Assembly (NCBI GenBank): GCA_951406725.2 | Contig: OX597824.1 | Coordinates: 18,662,001 to 18,726,000, forward strand | DNA from: Octopus vulgaris | Lineage: Eukaryota | Length of the DNA: 64,000 bases | Direction of reading: 5' to 3' | Shown here: positions 28,753-42,512 of the stretch, piece after piece | How positions within the stretch are numbered: position 1 is the first letter of the stretch | Layout: each line of letters opens with the position of its first letter | Made by a program: the position numbers and the translations under genes | Notes under the pieces: model-generated | The model's input: only the letters and a program-made list of their open reading frames with translations | Told to the model about the DNA's origin: nothing | The model's database searches: none

Positions 28753-29147
28753 TAAAAGCAATATCACCCGGCGTTGCTCGAGTTTGTTTCCACCCTTTAG
28801 AAATGGAATTTTTGAAAAGTAAAAGTTTTGCATTATGTAGCTTGTTATTCTCTTTAAGTGAACGTTTTTCTGGTTGAAATTCAGCGAAGAATGGCGACAC
28901 AGCAGTAAAAAAATCGTAAAAAATAGGGATTTTCATAGAAAAAAGGCACCTTTTTGATGTAAATAATTTTTGGTCTTAACATGGTCCGATTTGAATTTTA
29001 TCTTCTAAAGAATGAAGAGCAAGCCTTTTTCTATCATACTCTCAATTTTGGTCAACTTGCACCGCAGGGTCTCGGAGGAGATAGTGTTAGTTTGAAGGCT
29101 CCCAAACCTGCCACACACAGACAACTTCAGCTTTATATATAGAGAGA
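28753..29147 (-). mobile_element. Non-autonomous Helitron-like element
   Basis: The minus strand starts TC-tctctatatataaag and ends in the family hairpin (plus strand cccggcgttgctcgag); the terminal CTAG is replaced. Confidence 0.7.
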
Positions 29148-29696
29148 TAAAAGCAATATCATTAATAAGGTATTATATTATTGAGTTTGTGATGTTTCAG
29201 AGATACGATGGGCTGTCAGAAACTTGGTTTTATAATCTCTTGTTTACTCAATAAAATCTCAGTACCATCTAGAAGCTTAACCTTCCTATCAATGTTCAGT
29301 TATTCCTTACCTTCACAAACATGAAGTTTTGCCATTCTCTTCCAGAATCAAGAATTATTCATAATATTGTTCACGAAAACAATTCTGCCAGCTTCGTTTA
29401 AGAGAGAAAGTGCGTGTCGGTAAAATTATCTCAAAACCTCACGATCTTGCCGCCAAAAGTGAAAATGTTTAGCAAACGATCGCGAAATGTCCAATCACCG
29501 GCTTCATATGCAGACCTCAATACCAGTGGTGCTTCTTCCAAACGAATGGGGCCATTGTCGTGAAGAACTTTTGCAGGGATTTCAATTGACACTAATGTTG
29601 CAGAAAGAATCTTTGTGAATAGAAGCCGGAATATAAAAATCGAGAGTAGAACTTTCGAGAACGATGCAGCCAGTATTGTACGTGTAACACTAACAA

Positions 29697-30151
<455 letters not shown>

Positions 30152-30405
30152 GTTTAACCCAAACATGCTTCCACTCGATAAATGTCTGACCAAACATATT
30201 GAAATCACCCACTTGCCATACAGTTTTGTTTAAGCAAATGTACAAGCGGAAGAACTTTATGTTAAAATTCTATTGAGTAAGCAAATCTTTGACTTTCCCA
30301 ATAATTACCATCCTCTATTAAATCTCTACACTTTTTCGAGATCAGTGACGAAAATTTACTGGAAAAAGTATATTAATATTTGCATTGGGAACTCCTTTAA
30401 TCGAA

Positions 30406-30476
30406 AACCGGTGATTGTCGTACGCTGATGACGGGTCAAGACCCAGAAACTGCAGTCCGTGAGTATCACTTAGGTT
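30406..30476 (+). ncRNA. Type-I hammerhead ribozyme with canonical core, GUC site and extended stem I
   Basis: tacg-CTGATGA-c-gggtc(aa)gaccc-a-GAAA-ctgcag-TC-cgtg; distal pairings ggtgat/atcact and aacc/ggtt. Confidence 0.75.
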
Positions 30477-31482
30477 GACGAGGGAAGGATGACATCCTTT
30501 TGCAAATACCGTTAGGGCACAGAATGTGTGCCTATAGCCAGCTGGAGACGATGCTCTCCTGGGGCTACAAGCTACAGTAACACCCACCCTTAGTGGTTAG
30601 CCATATTGAGATGGCAAGTATACTTCACACCGCTTCCTCTATTGTTTTTTAGATACTTATTCAGTCGTTAGTCATTATTCAGTCATTATTCAGTCATATT
30701 CAGGTCTGGCCGGTTCTGTTGCTTTTGCAAAAGTTTCGGATAAATTTGGATTACATGTCATTGGAAGGAAAATATCTGGCTCCTCGTAGAGACTGACGAT
30801 GTCCACTGAGTCTCGAAAAAGTTAATTTTGCAGAAATTAGAAGACTAAATATGAGGAGAAATAGAAGCACAACATAGCTCTCAATATAGTCATGTTTGCA
30901 CCAAATTCTTGAAGCTTTGAAAAGGCCATACTCTTGACGCATTCGAATATACTAGATCCGTTTATCGATTAAGCAATACCTATTAATGATGCCCTCTAAG
31001 TCCTGCTTAGAGGACATCATCAATACTGCTCAGATCCATTTGGATCGCATTAGCGAAACTTACATGTCTATTTATCAACACCATAGTGTACAAGAAAGTT
31101 TATGATTTTATTTTAAAACATTTATGAAACAAATTAAAATTCTACAAATAACGTATTTTAAAGAAAACTTTTCTATGAAAAATTCGATGAAAATGTATTA
31201 TGAAGGTTCCTGTGGTGAGCTTACAGATTTACAAACACACGAATCTCTTTTACTTGTGTTCTTTGTCTGTTGTGAGATTTTCAACAAAGAAACGGTTTTA
31301 TCTCCGGGTGCGGTTTATAAATGGAAATATAAATAGATGTATAATTGTATATATTCTCTGTTATTTTACTGTAGCATAGTATATATCTATAGTATTTTGT
31401 AGTTAACAATATGTCACTACGAATGTAAACAATACGATGTATATATAAATATATATATATATATATACATCGTATTGTTTAC

Positions 31483-31519
<37 letters not shown>

Positions 31520-31521
31520 TA

Positions 31522-31651
<130 letters not shown>

Positions 31652-31801
31652 TATATATGCATCAGTCTTTTACTGTTCCTTGTTTCAATCATTAGACTGC
31701 GGCCTTGAAACGTCGCGTATCCTGCTGTTCCTGTTTGTTTGTTTTTTCTGCAAAAATGTAATTCACTCACGCAAATACACACACGGACTTAGTATTTGTG
31801 A

Positions 31802-32120
31802 AGGCGCATGGCTTAGAGCATCGGGTTTACAATCATGAGATGGTGAGTTCGATACCCGAAGCTGGCTGTGTGTTATGTTCTGGAGCAAGACACCTCATTT
31901 CACTCATCTGTAGAAATGATTTGTGACGTCACTGGTGCCAAGCTGTATCGACCTTTGCCTTTTTCTTTGGATAACATCGGTGGCGTGGAAAGAGAAGGCT
32001 GGTATGCATGGGCGACTGCTGCTCTTCCACAAAGAACTCTGTCCGGACTTGTGCTTTGGTGGGTAACCTTCAAGTGCAATCCCATGGTCATTCGTGACCA
32101 AAGAGGGTCTTTATCCTTTG
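31802..32120 (+). mobile_element. Older tRNA-derived SINE (family D)
   Basis: A-box-like TGGCTTAG, B-box GAGTTCGATACC and CORE-like gagcaagacac. Confidence 0.55.
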
Positions 32121-32845
32121 TCCTTTCGTTTGCATCCATACATACATACAGTGTTCCTTAACAAGAACAAAAATACCTGTAGATTAGTTATACCTGTAGA
32201 TTGGAAGCTCATTGGAAGCTATCACGTGGTTTCAGATCCAGTTGTAATGAGCGGCATCACGGATATGTATCTTCTGCTAAAGCCTTCGGCCAACCGATGT
32301 CTTGTGAGCGAAATTGCATAGCGAAAACTGTGTGGAAGCGCGTCGTATATATGCGAATATGTGTGTACATATGTACATGTGCATGTGTGTGTGTGTTTTT
32401 TGTTTTGTGTCTGTGCCCGTCCCCCACCCCCGTAGGTAACCGGCAGCGGTTTGTTTGCATCAATGTAAAAGAGACCGATAGAGTGAGCACCAGACATAAG
32501 AAGACAAAAACATAATAAGTACTAGGGTTTATTTGTTTGACAAGACACTTCGAAGCGGTGCCCCTGAATGGTTGCAGTCCAATGACTGAAACCAGTAAAG
32601 GATAAAATACATATTTTCTTGCAAAGAATAGCAAAGAAGAAACTAAACACTGTTAACACATGAGAAGTGTAATGTTTTCCGTTATGTATGTTTTTTAGCT
32701 AATTAGTTATTGTTTATTAGTCATAATGAGTATAAGATGAGGCTTAATTGTACATCGTAATTACACTAAAATTTTGCCATGTTTTTATTTGTGTGACGAA
32801 GATCATATCTGATGTAGGTCACCCATTGGTCACATCATCACACAT

Positions 32846-32881
<36 letters not shown>

Positions 32882-33171
32882 TGTATTGTGTTAGTGTTTG
32901 TAAAGTGGTGTGGTGTGGAACGTAAGTACATATGCATAGACGCAAATGAAAGAACTGAAAAAAGAGACTCCGAGTAATAAATAACTCCCGAAGACTCAGT
33001 TTTGAATAAATATTATTCCAGTCTACTTAACACTAATTAAGTATTTGCATCTCACACCAGAGTGGTAGTACCATCTATCATTTCTCTCTCTCTATCTGTC
33101 TATATCTATCTGACCTATCTCTATCTATCTATCAACCTCTCTATCTATCTACTTCTCCCTTTCCCCCAATA

Positions 33172-33240
<69 letters not shown>

Positions 33241-33297
33241 ATCTATATATCTATCTATCTATCTATCTATCTGTCTGTTTGTCTGTCTGTCAGTCAG

Positions 33298-33420
<123 letters not shown>

Positions 33421-33466
33421 GTCTGTCTGTCTGTCTCTGAATGTGTTTGTATTTGTCTATGTTTGT

Positions 33467-33543
<77 letters not shown>

Positions 33544-33645
33544 AATGAATTAGCTTTTGTATGAGATCAGAGGCAAAAGCGAGGCCAAGGAAAATAAACC
33601 CTCAGAAATTACAACCAACGATTTCACCACTACCACCATCAACAC

Positions 33646-33687
<42 letters not shown>

Positions 33688-34194
33688 TATCATCATCATC
33701 ATCATCATCATCTTCATCATCATCATCGTCATCATTTTCATCATCACCATCGTCATCAGAATCATCATCACCATCGTCATCATCATCATCATCAACATCG
33801 TCATCATCATCATCATCATCATCATCCCCATTACCATCATCATCATCACCATCGTCATAATCATCATCATCATCTTCATCATCACCATCGTCATAATCAT
33901 CATCATCATTACTACCACTATATCTTTATCATCATCATCACCGTTACCACCACTATCACTATATTTTCATCATAATCATCATTATCAATGTCGCGATAGA
34001 AGAACAGCAAGGTAACAATGGTGGCGAGTGGTGGTGGTGGTGGTCGTGGTGGTGGTGATGGTGGGGAAAGAGGGACAAACGCACGCCAGTGGTGACAATA
34101 AGATTTTTAAGGTGCTCATCGCACAAGAACAATGAAGACGTAAGCCGCCCATCCCATAGGAGTAAAAGAGAAGCAGTGAGAGGGAGAGAGAGAA

Positions 34195-34336
34195 ATAGAA
34201 AGTGAAACAAGCACTGAGAGAGAGAGAGAGGGGGAGAGAGAGAAAAAGTGAAACAAGCACTGTGTGTGAAAGAGATGGAGATAGAGATAGAGAGAGTGAA
34301 ACAAGCATAGACAGAAAGAAAGAAAGAAAGATAGAT

Positions 34337-34370
<34 letters not shown>

Positions 34371-34522
34371 TAGGAAGGAGAGAGAGAAAGAGAAAGTGAA
34401 ACAAGCATAGAAAGAAAGAAAGAAAGAAAGAAAGAGAAAGAGAAAGTGAAACAAGCATAGACAGAAAGAAAGAAAGAAAGAAAGTAGGAAGGAAAGAGAG
34501 AAAGAGAAAGTGAAACAAGCAT

Positions 34523-34553
<31 letters not shown>

Positions 34554-34560
34554 GAGAAAG
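34195..34560. repeat. Minisatellite aagtgaaacaagca + (GAAA)n/(GA)n, about 6 units
   Basis: Direct. Confidence 0.85.
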
Positions 34561-34611
34561 AAAATAAGAAAAAAAAGAAAAACAGAAAGTCGGAGACAGA
34601 GAAATACAGAG

Positions 34612-34650
<39 letters not shown>

Positions 34651-35085
34651 GAGAGAGAGAGAGAGAGAGAACGAGAGAGAGAGAGAGAGAGAGGAAGAAC
34701 GAGGGCAAAATCACGGCGTCCTAAGCAATGAAAGGCGATAGATCAGGTGAAAGGCTTTAATCATAGTGTAGCGGCGCCTGTGTATGGCCTCTTGGCATAT
34801 GTCTTGCCTTTCTTTTGGCAGCGACAACGGAAGGGATTAGTTGAATGCCAGATGAAACTACACAAAACAATAATAAAGAGAAGGGGAAAACACAATAAAC
34901 TCACGGGCATATATCGCCACACCTCTCTTGCTGCTAACATCGGAAGCAGAGTGGGTGGAGGGGAAGCGTGCACATGGATGGGTCCACCATGTGATGGCCG
35001 TTTATCGTTGGTTTTTTGTTTTCGTTTCGTTTTTACATTGTCTCTTTCTCTCTTCCTCTCCCTCTCTCCCTCTGTCTCTCTCTCT

Positions 35086-35136
<51 letters not shown>

Positions 35137-35322
35137 TACGTATGCTCGGCGTGCTTAGCTTGTGTTTTTGTAGGATAGCAATTGCGCATGCTCGTCGCTG
35201 CGTGTGTGTGTGTGTGTACGTATTTTGATGGTGCATGTATACAGTTAATTGCAAGCTTATGTATGTTTGTAGATGTTCACACATCGCCCTCACATGCAAG
35301 TACTCACATATGCACGTACATG

Positions 35323-35374
<52 letters not shown>

Positions 35375-35460
35375 CTATCTATCTATCTATCTATCTATCT
35401 TCTATCTATCTATCTATCTATCTATCAATCTAACTACACACACACATATATATATATATA

Positions 35461-35830
35461 CTAGCAGTATCGCCCGGCGTTGCTCAGGTTTGTAAGGGAA
35501 ATAACTATAAAGCATTTTTAGAGAGTTATAGCCAAAAAATAGCAAAAAAATGGGAAAAAAATGATGGTAAATTTTTTTTTGAGAGTAAAAAAAGGTTGAG
35601 TTGCGTCCCCTAGACAGTCTGTGGTTTGTTTCTTTTGATTCTCGACCCCATGTCGAATTTATCGATTTTTTTCAGAACTGGGGGAACTTTTCAAAATTTT
35701 CGCTGCGTTAGTTTTGAATTATGACATTGGGCTATGGGTGTGTCAAGTTTCATCAGAATCGGTTGAAAGCCGTGGTCAGGGTGAGGGTACGAGAAAACAG
35801 ACACACAGAAACACGCACAGACAAACTGCC

Positions 35831-35840
<10 letters not shown>
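35461..35840 (-). mobile_element. Non-autonomous Helitron-like element
   Basis: Minus-strand 3' end is hairpin + CTAG (plus strand ctagcagtatcgcccggcgttgctcagg); shares this end with 56174 and 56572. Confidence 0.75.
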
Positions 35841-35912
<72 letters not shown>

Positions 35913-35916
<4 letters not shown>

Positions 35917-36114
35917 GTGACCTCGTTTGTACCGTTGGCGATTTTTTTCCTCTGTCTTCCCTTCTCGCGATCTTTCCTTCTCCTATGTTTCCGACGAAGA
36001 ACTCCGCTCGAAACGTTAAACCTTCCTTCTTTCCTGAGCGTCCAATAATACTATATTTGTTCCACGTCCTCGCGTTGTTGTGTTTTTTTGTGTTTTCTTG
36101 TTTGGATTAACTTT
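35913..36114 (+). mobile_element. Family M hammerhead mini-element, HHR at 35987-36021
   Basis: Same ends and CCGACGA core; (TA)n on both sides. Confidence 0.75.
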
Positions 36115-36289
36115 ATATATATATATATATATATGCGAATATAAACAAGAAGGGTAGTAATGTTATTTACTACCAGGTGCCCAGTTAAAGTTGTTAAAGT
36201 TATCGGTAAACGTTTTTGATTTTCACTCTCGATAAGTTCATCCCCTTTTTGTGTTCCCAACACTCGGCATCCTAATTTAGGGGCCCTTA

Positions 36290-36347
<58 letters not shown>

Positions 36348-36383
36348 TATACACACACATATATATATACATGCAAATATATG

Positions 36384-36437
<54 letters not shown>

Positions 36438-36662
36438 GAGAGGTTATGAGAGATAATGGTGTCATTGAGACCCAAAGGTGTCAGGTAATCCTGAATAAGT
36501 GCTATAGACTGACCATAGTTAAGTTCCAGTTTCGGTGATTTTGTGAATAAGGGGTTCAACATTGGTCATATGTCAGCGTGTGTATATAAAAACTTTTTTT
36601 TTCGTAGTAAGATAGAAAAAACTCTAAGGCTGAGTAGATTTTAGAACATTTCAAGATAGAAG

Positions 36663-36710
36663 GTCTTACAGCCGTTTCCAGGATATTTATTATATCCCTT
36701 CATTGGAGAC
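36663..36710 (-). ncRNA. Degenerate hammerhead motif
   Basis: Minus strand: gtct-CCAATGA-ag-ggatat(aataa)atatcc-tg-GAAA-cggctg-TA-agac; core G5 is mutated. Confidence 0.5.
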
Positions 36711-36724
36711 GGTGTGAGAGGATA

Positions 36725-37128
36725 CTCTCTCTTTACTCTTTTACTCTTTTACTTGTTTCAGTCATTTGACTGCGGCCATGCTGGAGCACCGCCTTTAATC
36801 GAGCAACTCGACCCCGGGACTTATTCTTTTGTAAGCCCAGTACTTATTCTATCGGTCTCTTTTGCCGAACCGCTAAGTAACGGGGACGTAAACACACCAG
36901 CATCGGTTGTCAGACAATGCTAGGGGGACAAACACAGACACACAAACACACACATATATATATACATATATATACGACGGGCTTCTTTCAGTTTCCGTCT
37001 ACCAAATCCACTCACAAGGCTTTGGTCGGCCCGAGGCTATAATAGAAGACACTTGCCCAAGGTGCCACGCAGTGGGACTGAACCCGGAACCATGTGGTTG
37101 GTAAACAAGCTACTTACCACACAGCCAC
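36725..37128 (-). mobile_element. SINE family B
   Basis: Sequence match. Confidence 0.9.
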
Positions 37129-37368
37129 TATCTATGTTCCTGCCTATCTGTTTGTTGGTCTCGCTGACTATCCATCCACCATCTTGTCTGTCTATCAACC
37201 TTCCTACCAGTCATTATATCTATCTTTCTGTCTAGCTATCTATCTTTCTATCTGTCTATTGTTTATTTCTGTGTGTATATAGGCGCAGGCGGCATAACTG
37301 TACTCTGAGGAAATTCGATCACAGCCACGTACCTTCGAATCCATATGCATATGCATGTGTGTGTGTGT

Positions 37369-37452
<84 letters not shown>

Positions 37453-37565
37453 TGTGTTTGTGTGTGTACACGCACACATATACGCGCTAGCAGAAACGCA
37501 CATAGAGAATTTGAAAATTCGAATTTTGTGACTCTCCATAAATAGTACTCACTTCAAGAACTTAC

Positions 37566-37614
<49 letters not shown>

Positions 37615-38013
37615 TAGACAGACAGAGGCGGAGGTTGAGACAGACAGACAGAAAGAGAACCATGTTTGTGTAATCACCCCTGTGTAAGTAAAAGAGAAAT
37701 TGTGAGAGTGAATAATTCGTATCTAAACGTAGACCTAGTTTTGTAGATATAACAGTGTGTCTATGAGCAGGGGCGTCCAAATGTCTTTTTGTAGCTTAAT
37801 CCCAAACAAGCCTTTATAAAACAGACCTCTGTCAAAATGTATATTATACGTGGCCGTCTTGCTTTTTTGCTACGTATTAAAAACCCACTTAGACATTATT
37901 TTATGGCTTTTTTTTTTTTCAATTCTGAGCAGTTATTTCTAGCATGTCGGGTGACACCCTCAGAAACTCTCTCACTGCTTCGCTGTATTTGTGTATATTT
38001 ATGTGTGTGTGCG

Positions 38014-38069
<56 letters not shown>

Positions 38070-38179
38070 TATACTTATCTATGTTCGTTTGCATGAATTT
38101 GCTTGGCTTATACTTCTCGTCATACGTAAGCACCTGTATGTGTCTACGTGTATGCATGTGATATGGCTTAAAAGTGGGC

Positions 38180-38229
<50 letters not shown>

Positions 38230-38248
38230 ATATATATATATATATATG

Positions 38249-38320
<72 letters not shown>

Positions 38321-38322
<2 letters not shown>

Positions 38323-38641
38323 GGAGTAAACACATAAATGTGAAACAAGGTGGAAAAAAGAGTACTCAAATACCAGTGGTAGAGTAATATGCTTTATTTT
38401 AAGCAGCAGAAAATTCAACAAAATCTGTTACTCTGAGTTTCTCGTTGCCGTTCATCAGACAGTTTTTGCTAGAATGGAACTGATATATCAATTCAATCTA
38501 TACTCTTACAAACACTACACCTTTAAAAAGAAATGGACTTGTTTGATTGGCCCTTTAGAAAAAAACGGTCAATCTTCGAGCGATAAACAAAAAGGTCAAA
38601 AATATATGTATATATATATATATAAAGGTCAAAAATATATG

Positions 38642-38673
<32 letters not shown>

Positions 38674-38883
38674 TTTTTGACCTTTTTGTTTATCGCTCGA
38701 AGATTGACCGTTTTTTTCTAAAGGGCCAATCAAACAAGTCCATTTCTTTTTAAAGGTGTAGCGTTTGTAAGAGTATAGATTGAATTGATATATCAGTTCC
38801 ATTCTAGCAAAAACTGTCTGATGAACGGCAACGAGAAACTCAGAGTAACAGATTTTGTTGAATTTTCTGCTGCTTAAAATAAA

Positions 38884-38885
<2 letters not shown>
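38321..38885. mobile_element. Near-perfect foldback (~230-bp arms) in (TA)n with outward-facing hammerheads at 38425-38462(-) and 38814-38851(+)
   Basis: ctgt-CTGATGA-acg(gcaa)cga-GAAA-ctc(a)gag-TA-acag; a relative at 40161-40198(-) has fully paired acg(ggaa)cgt. Confidence 0.85.
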
Positions 38886-38947
<62 letters not shown>

Positions 38948-39135
38948 GTATATATATGATTATAACAATAAGGGTCTTTGCAACAATTGCTTGACCACAT
39001 ACCAAAAATTTTAGAAATAGCAGCCAGAGGACTGCTATTTCCTTTTACTACAAAATATGTCTCCACAGACAACAATATTTGTAGCTCATATATGGCAAAA
39101 AAAGAAGAAAAATAACGAAATCAAACAGTCCAAGA

Positions 39136-39432
39136 TCAATTATGGACGCACGTTTCTGGATTAGAATCATAAGATCCATTTCCTTCATCAACATAATATT
39201 TCGGCTGTATTATTTTGTGACTCACGTGGTAAAAATTCTGGAGGGAAATACGAATTCACTTGTCTATATAAATGTGGATATGCTGATTAGCTTCTGTATG
39301 TTCCGATGTCGCTTGGTCGGAAATATAAGAGGTAAGATTTCCTAGCGTTTCTAAATTTATTTATCTGAATATTATGTTGATCAAGGAAATTAATCTTATG
39401 ATTCTAATCCAGAAACGTGCGTCCATAATTGA
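39136..39432. mobile_element. MITE with ~65-bp TIRs
   Basis: tcaattatggacgcacgtttctggattagaatcataagat... is inverted at the other end. Confidence 0.8.
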
Positions 39433-39460
39433 CCGTCGACTGTTTGATTTCGTTATATCC

Positions 39461-39862
39461 CTTTTTACTCTCTCTTTTTTACTTGTTTCAGTCATTTGAA
39501 ACCGCCTTTAGTCGAGCAAATCGACCCCGGGACTTATTCTTTGTAAGCCCAGTACTTATTCTATCGGTCTCTTTTGCCGAATCACTAAGTGACGGGGACA
39601 TAAACACACCAGCATCGGTTGTCAAGCAATGCTAGGGGGACAAACACAGACACACAAACACACACACATACATATATATATATACACATACATATATACG
39701 ACAGGCTTCTTTCAGTTTCCGTCTACCAAATCCACTCACAAAGGCATTGGTCGGCCCGGGGCTATAGCAGAAGACACTTGCCCAAGATGCCACGCAGTGG
39801 GACTGAACCCGGAACCATGTGGTTGTTTAGCAAGCTACTTACCACACAGCCACTCCTGCGCC
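39461..39862 (-). mobile_element. SINE family B
   Basis: Sequence match. Confidence 0.9.
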
Positions 39863-39882
39863 TATATATATATATACTTAAA

Positions 39883-40112
39883 GGCGGCGAGCTGGTAGAA
39901 ACGTTAGCACGCCGGGCGAAATTCGTAGCCGTATTTCGTCTGTCGTTACGTTCCGAGTTCAAATTCCGCCGAGGTCGACTTTGCCTTTCATCCTTTCGGG
40001 GTCGATAAATTAAGTACCAGTTACGCACTGGGGTCGATGTAGTCGACTTAATCCCTTTGTCTGTCCTTGTTTGTCCCCTCTGTGTTTAGCCCCTTGTGGG
40101 TAGTAAAGAAAT
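39883..40112 (+). mobile_element. SINE family A
   Basis: Sequence match. Confidence 0.9.
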
Positions 40113-40964
40113 ATATATATATATATACTTTATTTAAAGGCAGCAGAAATATAACAAAAGCTGTTACTCAGAGTTTCACGTTCCCGTTCGTCGAACAGTT
40201 TTGTTAAAATATTTATGTCTCATATATCATATATACTCTTATTAAAGCTGCAAAATTATCACAAATCTCAGCTTTAATAAAAGTATATCACTATACCTTT
40301 AGTATTCAAGTACTATTTTTTATACCTTGTTTTGCATTTATGGGTTTACTTGTATGTGTGTGTGTGTGTATGTGTGTGTATGCATCTGTAAATATACATA
40401 TATGTGTGTGCGTGTGAGTGAGATGATAATAATCTGGTTATAACTCCCACGGCCAACACCTTTCATGAAGGTCCCTGCACGAAGTTCGAGATGTAATCAA
40501 CCCCTGTACAGCTTTGACAAGAGTCACGCACCGTCTTCTGTCGAACAGGGGCAGTACCAAAGCAGTAGCTGCAGTTGCCGTTATTGTTGTTGTAGATGAT
40601 GATGATGATGATGGCGTTGATGGTGGTGGGGGGGGTAGAGGTGTGGCTAGTGGGTGTGAAGATGGGAGGGGTCGTTGTCGTTGTGATGATGATGATGATA
40701 ATGTTGGTGGCGGTGTAGTTTGTTGTGGTGATCGTCGTTGGTGTGATGATGATAACGATGATGTTGATGGTGATGGTGGTGGTGGTTGTGGTGGTGGTGG
40801 TGATGGTGGTGGTGGTTGTGGTGGTGGTGGTGGTGGCGGCGGCGGCGGCGGCGGCGAGGGCGTAGATGTAAATTACTGGTTTTGCAGCTTCACACGCTGG
40901 AAATACGAAAGGACAGCAGCCCCTCCTCTTAATTCTGCGCCTGCAACTGCTGCCGCTGCCACCG

Positions 40965-40998
<34 letters not shown>

Positions 40999-41220
40999 CA
41001 CCACCACTACCATCACCATCATCACCACTACAACCATTACCACATCGCCACCGCCATCACCATCAGCACCACCAACACCATCATCATCACCCTCACAGTC
41101 CGCTTCCATCCTTCTTCCTTACTACTTATGTGGGTTGGTTTTGGCCCTTTCCAGCTGATCCCCATAATGTGACTTACGTTTGTAGAATCTCTTATCGCCG
41201 TTATGAATTACATTCAATCA

Positions 41221-41256
<36 letters not shown>

Positions 41257-41557
41257 AATTAAGGGTTGCGCTCGAGACCCTTTATTCTTTTCAGGGTCTC
41301 TAATTCTAATGAGAGGAAAGAAAGGAATAATTCTCAAGCCGGAAACCTCGCAAGACAATGAATCCTGTTAAAGCTGTACACTTATTAAATGACCAAGTGC
41401 TGATGTTCAACCGTGTAATAGATTCGGTCTTCAGCCCTATCCTAGAATTAAGAAGACAAACAGCTAGAACAAACACCACAAAGGCATCTGGTTCGATACT
41501 CTGGGAAATTTGCAATCTCCTCTCACCATGAATTGGTACTTTATCGTATCGGCTCCG

Positions 41558-41911
41558 AAAGAATTAAAAGCAAAGCAGACATCGACATTATTTGAACTAA
41601 GAGCACAAAAAAATCAGTTATCACCTCTGACGCTCTGCCAATTCCAGAAATGTGTTCTATCCCTGGTGTGGTAATTAATTTATTGGCCCGAAAGGACGAG
41701 AGGGAAAGATGATCTGAGCGGGGTATTTACTCAGAAAGAATTAAAAGCAAAGTAGATCTCGACATTATTTGAACTAAGAACACAAAAAATCAGTTATCAC
41801 CTCTGACGCTCTGCCAATTCCAGAAATGTGTTCTATCCCTTGTGTGGTAATTAATTTATTGGCCCCGAAAGGACGAAAGGGAAAGATGATCTGAGCGGGG
41901 TTTTTACCCAG
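41558..41911. repeat. Tandem duplication of a ~177-bp unit built from decayed family A pieces
   Basis: aaagaattaaaagcaaag...gatctgagcgggg occurs twice. Confidence 0.85.
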
Positions 41912-42094
41912 GGCAAGTGAAGACAAAAGGAAAAATTACAAGCTATGTTTTCCGACATTGAGGTAATTCTGCCATTTTACCCTAAACGAAGTACCACATA
42001 TGTAGAGGTATTTCATTTATCGATCCCGAAAGAGTAAAAAGGCAAAGTTGATCTCAGTGTGATTTGTATCCAGGGGACAGAGAACGGGAGCAAA

Positions 42095-42512
42095 TACCTA
42101 TTTCTTTACCGCCCACAAGGGGCTATACACAGAGAGGACAAACAAGGACAGAAAAACGGATTAAGTGATTATATCGACCACAGTGCGTAACTGGTACTTA
42201 TTTAATCGACCCCGAAAAGATGTAAGGCAAAATCGACCTCGGCGGAATTTGAACTCAGAACGTAACGGCAGACGAAATACCTAATTCTTTACTACCCACA
42301 AGGGGCTACACATAGAGGGGACAAACAAAGACAGACAAACGGATTAAGTCGATTATATCGACCCCAGTGCGTAACTGGTACTTAATTTATCGACCCCGAA
42401 AGGATGAAAGGCAAAGTCGACCTTGACGAAATTTGAACTCAGAACGTAATGGCAGACGAAATACCGCTAAGCACTTTGCCCGGTGTGCTAACGTTTCTGC
42501 CAGCTCGCCGCC
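42095..42512 (-). mobile_element. SINE family A dimer
   Basis: Sequence match. Confidence 0.85.

Noticed and set aside
29380-29690. Possible very old transposase remnant (SPASYADLNT)
   Set aside because: Only a vague likeness to the SPDLNP motif, with no supporting frame or TIR.
36440-36570. Minus-strand peptide ending LTPLGLN, reminiscent of a Penelope GIY-YIG C-terminus
   Set aside because: Too short, no other endonuclease motifs, and it lies downstream of the hammerhead rather than upstream.
40514-41158. 214-aa Gly/Asp/Thr-rich ORF
   Set aside because: Composed of GGT/GAT/ACC trinucleotide repeats with no domain or splice support.
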